64,000 nucleotides of DNA, taken from positions 32,001 through 96,000 of the forward strand of contig JBEKCB010000013.1 of assembly GCA_050015075.1 (NCBI GenBank). Reading direction: 5' to 3'. Source of the stretch: Candidatus Brocadiia bacterium. GTDB taxonomy: Bacteria > Planctomycetota > Brocadiia > CAIUPP01. A program made the position numbers and the translations under genes. The notes under the pieces are model-generated. The model did not search any database and was not told the origin of the DNA. It saw nothing but the letters and a program-made list of their open reading frames with translations. Positions 60,705-64,000 of this stretch are shown here, piece by piece (positions within the stretch are counted from its first letter, which is position 1; every line of letters starts with the position of its first letter).

Positions 60705-62105
60705 TCATTCCGTTCCGTCCCAGCAGTACGTGCAAAGCTTCTCCCGCGGTAGCCCGATGGCGGCCACGAGGTCCTCGAGGCGCTGGTACTTCAGCGTGCT
60801 CAGGTGCAGCATCTGGCGGACGCGTTCGACCACGGCGCGGTTCTTCTCCGACCCGCAGGTCACGCACTCGCGCAGGTCCGGTTCGGCGCCGACGGCCAGC
60901 TCCTTCATCGCCTTCCGCGCGGCCAGGTCGAGCTCCGAGCGCCAGCGCGAGAAGTTCAGGAACTTGCAACTGTATGCCAGCGGCGGGCAGGCCACGCGCA
61001 TGTGCACTTCGCGCGCGCCGCAATCGTAGAGCCGCTGGATCGCGCCGCGGAGCTGCGTGCCGCGCACGATCGAGTCCTCACAGAAGAGCATCTTCTTGCC
61101 GCGGATGATCTCGGCGATCGGGATCAGCTTCATTCGCGCCACCAGGTCCCGCACCGACTGGTCCTGCCCGATCAGGCCGCGCGGCCAGGTGGGCGTGTAC
61201 TTCACGAACGGCCGCTCGTACGGCAGCCGCCGCGCGTTCGCGTAGCCGAGCGCGTGCCCCGTCCCGGAATCGGGGATGCCCGACACGAAGTCCACCTCGA
61301 CGTCGTCGTCCTTCGCGAGCGCCGCGCCGCAGCGGTTGCGCGCGACCTCGACGTTGACGCCCTCGTAGTTCGAGGCCGGATAGCCGTAATACACCCAGAG
61401 GAACGTGCAGATCTGCATGCGCCGGCCGGGCGCGCGGAGGGTCTCGGCGCCGTCCTCGGTCATCAGGACGACCTCGCCGGGCCCGAGGTCGCGCTCGTGG
61501 TCGAAGCCCAGGTTCGGGAAGGAGCAGCTCTCGAGCGCGGCGGCGTACGCGCCGGAGCGCGCGCCGAGGACGACCGGCGTGCGGCCCAGGCGGTCGCGCG
61601 CCGCGTAGATGCCCTTCTCGGTCAGCAGCAGCATCGAGCAGGAGCCCTCGATCGTCTCCTGCGCGCGGCGGATGCCCTCCTCGAAGCTCGCCTCTTGGTT
61701 GATAAGCGTGGCGACGAGTTCGGTGGGGTTGATCTGGCCGCCGCTCATCTCCGAGAAGTGCGTCGCGCGCTGGCGGAACGCCTGCCGCGCGAGCGCGTCG
61801 GCGTTGAGGATGCGGCCGACGGTCACGATCGCGTACTGGCCCAGGTGCGAGCCGATGATCAGCGGCTGGTCCTCGTAGTCGCTGATGATGCCGAGTCCCC
61901 AGCGCCCGTGCAGTTTCGGCAGGTCGGGTTCGAACTTCGACCGGAACGGCGTGCCGGTGATGTCGTGGATGAACCGCGTGCAGCCGCCGTTCGAGCGCAC
62001 CGCCAGCCCGCCGCGCCGCGTGCCCAGGTGTGAATGGTAGTCCGTGCCGTAGAACAGGTCCGACACGCAGTCCGACCTGGCCGCGACCGCAAAGAAACCG
62101 CCCAT
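60705..62105 (-). CDS. purF: amidophosphoribosyltransferase-like protein lacking N-terminal Cys
   Basis: MGGFF..YHSHLG, ARDRLGRTP, GIPDSG, EDSIVRGT, CTYCW. Confidence 0.8.
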   Translation of the reverse strand: MGGFFAVAARSDCVSDLFYGTDYHSHLGTRRGGLAVRSNGGCTRFIHDITGTPFRSKFEPDLPKLHGRWGLGIISDYEDQPLIIGSHLGQYAIVTVGRILNADALARQAFRQRATHFSEMSGGQINPTELVATLINQEASFEEGIRRAQETIEGSCSMLLLTEKGIYAARDRLGRTPVVLGARSGAYAAALESCSFPNLGFDHERDLGPGEVVLMTEDGAETLRAPGRRMQICTFLWVYYGYPASNYEGVNVEVARNRCGAALAKDDDVEVDFVSGIPDSGTGHALGYANARRLPYERPFVKYTPTWPRGLIGQDQSVRDLVARMKLIPIAEIIRGKKMLFCEDSIVRGTQLRGAIQRLYDCGAREVHMRVACPPLAYSCKFLNFSRWRSELDLAARKAMKELAVGAEPDLRECVTCGSEKNRAVVERVRQMLHLSTLKYQRLEDLVAAIGLPREKLCTYCWDGTE

Positions 62106-62255
62106 GACGCCTCCGATTCCGCTGCGAGATGCCCGCGCGCAAAAATGTGATTTTATCACCAGCCGCCGCGTAAAGATAGCCACGCAGAAAGTCAGCCCTC
62201 GTTGCGACCTTCGGAGGAATGTGGTAATCTTGAAGCAGCAATCGGGAGAACGTCC

Positions 62256-62540
62256 ATGCACAAAGTCATCGAAGTCAACGTACTCGATCGTTACAGGTTA
62301 GACCTGCGGTTTGAAGACGGGGCGCGCGGGGCCGTAGATTTATCGCACCTCGTCGGGAAAGGCGTTTTCCGAAAATGGGAAGACTACCAGGCCTTCCGCC
62401 AGGTCAAGATAGGTCCCGCAGGAGAGTTGGCCTGGGGAGACGATCTGGACTTGTGCCCGGACGCCCTGTACCTGAAGGCGACAGGGCGTCAACCGGAAGA
62501 CATTTTTCCGGGTCTGAAACGAGAACCTGCGCATGCCTGA
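62256..62540 (+). CDS. DUF2442-family protein
   Basis: [37 protein letters not shown]. Confidence 0.8.
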   Translation: MHKVIEVNVLDRYRLDLRFEDGARGAVDLSHLVGKGVFRKWEDYQAFRQVKIGPAGELAWGDDLDLCPDALYLKATGRQPEDIFPGLKREPAHA

Positions 62541-63336
62541 TAGCGCCACGATGGACACGGCTACGGCAAAGGCGAAGAAACGTAAGTCTCCTGCAGGTGT
62601 GGCGACGAACGACCTCGTGTTTAGTTCGTATGTTGGGACCAACGACGAGGTTTTCCCGTTCGTCCTTTCGCTCTATGTGGCCAAAGGAAGCACCGTTGCA
62701 GATGTAACTTACGGCAAGGGAGTTTTTTGGCGAAAGGTCCATGCCGACAGCTACAAGCTCCTGGCGACGGACCTTTCAAGCGGCGTGGACTGCCGAAATC
62801 TGCCGTATCAGGCCGATTCAATAGACTGCGTTGTTTTTGATCCGCCCTACATGCACACGCCCGGCGGAAGCGCACATGCGAACCATCAGAATTACGAAAA
62901 TTACTACCGCAACAACAAAGCTCTGTCAGAGCGCAAGTACCATGAAGCGGTGCTGGACCTTTATTTCACCGCGGCCGCTGAAGCATGGCGGGTTCTGCGG
63001 CCCGGCGGAGCTTATATCGTCAAGTGCCAGGATGAGGTCTGCGCCAACGTCCAGCGCCTGACCCATGTCGAAATAATTAACGAATACGCGAGGCGCGGTT
63101 TTGTCGCTGAGGATTTGTTTGTCGTTGTGCGAAATGGGAGGCCCGGCGTCAGCCGCCTTCTGAAGCAGGCTCACGCGCGGAAAAGTCATTCATACTTTCT
63201 CGTCTTCTTGAAACCCCGAGGGCGCAAACGTTGGGCTGGCCTTCACTCAACGGCGCGTCTTGAAGTGCAGGAAACGCCAAAGGTCAGGTCTGCCTGCGTC
63301 GGCCCCGGCGTCCGAACAAGGACGCTCTTTCCTTGA
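62533..63336 (+). CDS. amino (m6A/m4C) DNA methyltransferase
   Basis: [10 protein letters not shown] (motif I) followed by VVFDPPY (motif IV), RVLRPGG..IVKCQD. Confidence 0.8.
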   Translation: MPDSATMDTATAKAKKRKSPAGVATNDLVFSSYVGTNDEVFPFVLSLYVAKGSTVADVTYGKGVFWRKVHADSYKLLATDLSSGVDCRNLPYQADSIDCVVFDPPYMHTPGGSAHANHQNYENYYRNNKALSERKYHEAVLDLYFTAAAEAWRVLRPGGAYIVKCQDEVCANVQRLTHVEIINEYARRGFVAEDLFVVVRNGRPGVSRLLKQAHARKSHSYFLVFLKPRGRKRWAGLHSTARLEVQETPKVRSACVGPGVRTRTLFP

Positions 63337-64000
63337 AGAACTCGCCGAACTGCTTGATCTGAATCACTTCCGGGAAGCTCTCTGTCAGTGTCTTGTATCG
63401 GCATGGAACGTCGAAGTAGTAAATGCGCTCCATTTTCGATAAGAGCGTCTGGTACACAAGCCACTGGTCCGGGACGCATATCTCGACAACTTCGCGAGTC
63501 CGGGAATCCAGTTTTGTTTCCGAAAAAAGAACCATTATCCCCCTGAACACGTTCTCTCCATGTGCACTGTCCAGAATACGCTGGTGCGCCCAGGCCTGAA
63601 CCACCCGCTCGCGCGTGGACATCTTCACGGGCAGGTGTATCTGTCGCCCGCTTTGCCCGGCGAAAAGGAAGTCCATAGTCAGGCGAACACTTCTCCCTTG
63701 CACCCTTATGGACGCCTGCTTCTGAGGGTTGACGCCGAGCTCCCGGGCGAACATGTGCCCGATGAGGCACTCAAAGTATGTCGCCGGCGCTTTCTTGTTC
63801 TGCCTGTCGAACAGCTCCATGGCAAGGCAAGGGGCCAGTACAACGGTGTATGAGAACCGCGCGAAGCTTCTTGGGGCGATTCTGCCGCGTTCCCATTCAC
63901 GCCAGGAAAGCGAGATTTTTCGAGGGTCTCGAATGAACAAGTGCGCATTGGCCGGTCTCGCCACAAGACGCCTGTTTCCCCGGCGCGCAAAAGAGAAGTA
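63284..64000 (-). CDS. putative type II restriction endonuclease (5' partial)
   Basis: Open to the window edge; [22 protein letters not shown] resembles the K-x-S/T-x-R-E-R motif; convergent with the MTase. Confidence 0.65.
   Translation of the reverse strand, partial: YFSFARRGNRRLVARPANAHLFIRDPRKISLSWREWERGRIAPRSFARFSYTVVLAPCLAMELFDRQNKKAPATYFECLIGHMFARELGVNPQKQASIRVQGRSVRLTMDFLFAGQSGRQIHLPVKMSTRERVVQAWAHQRILDSAHGENVFRGIMVLFSETKLDSRTREVVEICVPDQWLVYQTLLSKMERIYYFDVPCRYKTLTESFPEVIQIKQFGEFFKERASLFGRRGRRRQT

Overview
High-GC bacterial window. The prepilin/H-X9-DG protein suggests the PVC superphylum (Planctomycetota-like; inference). Main content: a partial family-4 UDG, GH20, TolC, a small lipoprotein that also carries a PEP-CTERM tail, an ~18 kb surface-glycan operon (O-ligase, flippase, several GTs, modifying enzymes), a GAF/PAS kinase with a sigma54 response regulator, a GAFTGA-less activator paralog with PilZ, a GH106-like hydrolase, trpBA, a third sigma54 activator, a PAS/coiled-coil protein, a Sel1 protein, lsrF, an ABC exporter, a Cys-less purF-like gene and, at the right edge, a lower-GC DUF2442/methyltransferase/endonuclease module. 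The most notable unannotated structure is: (1) a family of ACCAC...GTGGT-ended, nesting hairpin elements, one expanded to six 110-bp units between trpB and trpA; (2) six sigma54 -24/-12 promoters with recurrent TGT-N12-ACA boxes that link the glycan, PEP-CTERM and regulator genes; (3) apparent avoidance of RTCGAY. I saw no tRNA, rRNA or CRISPR array. All calls come from reading motifs by eye, without database searches.
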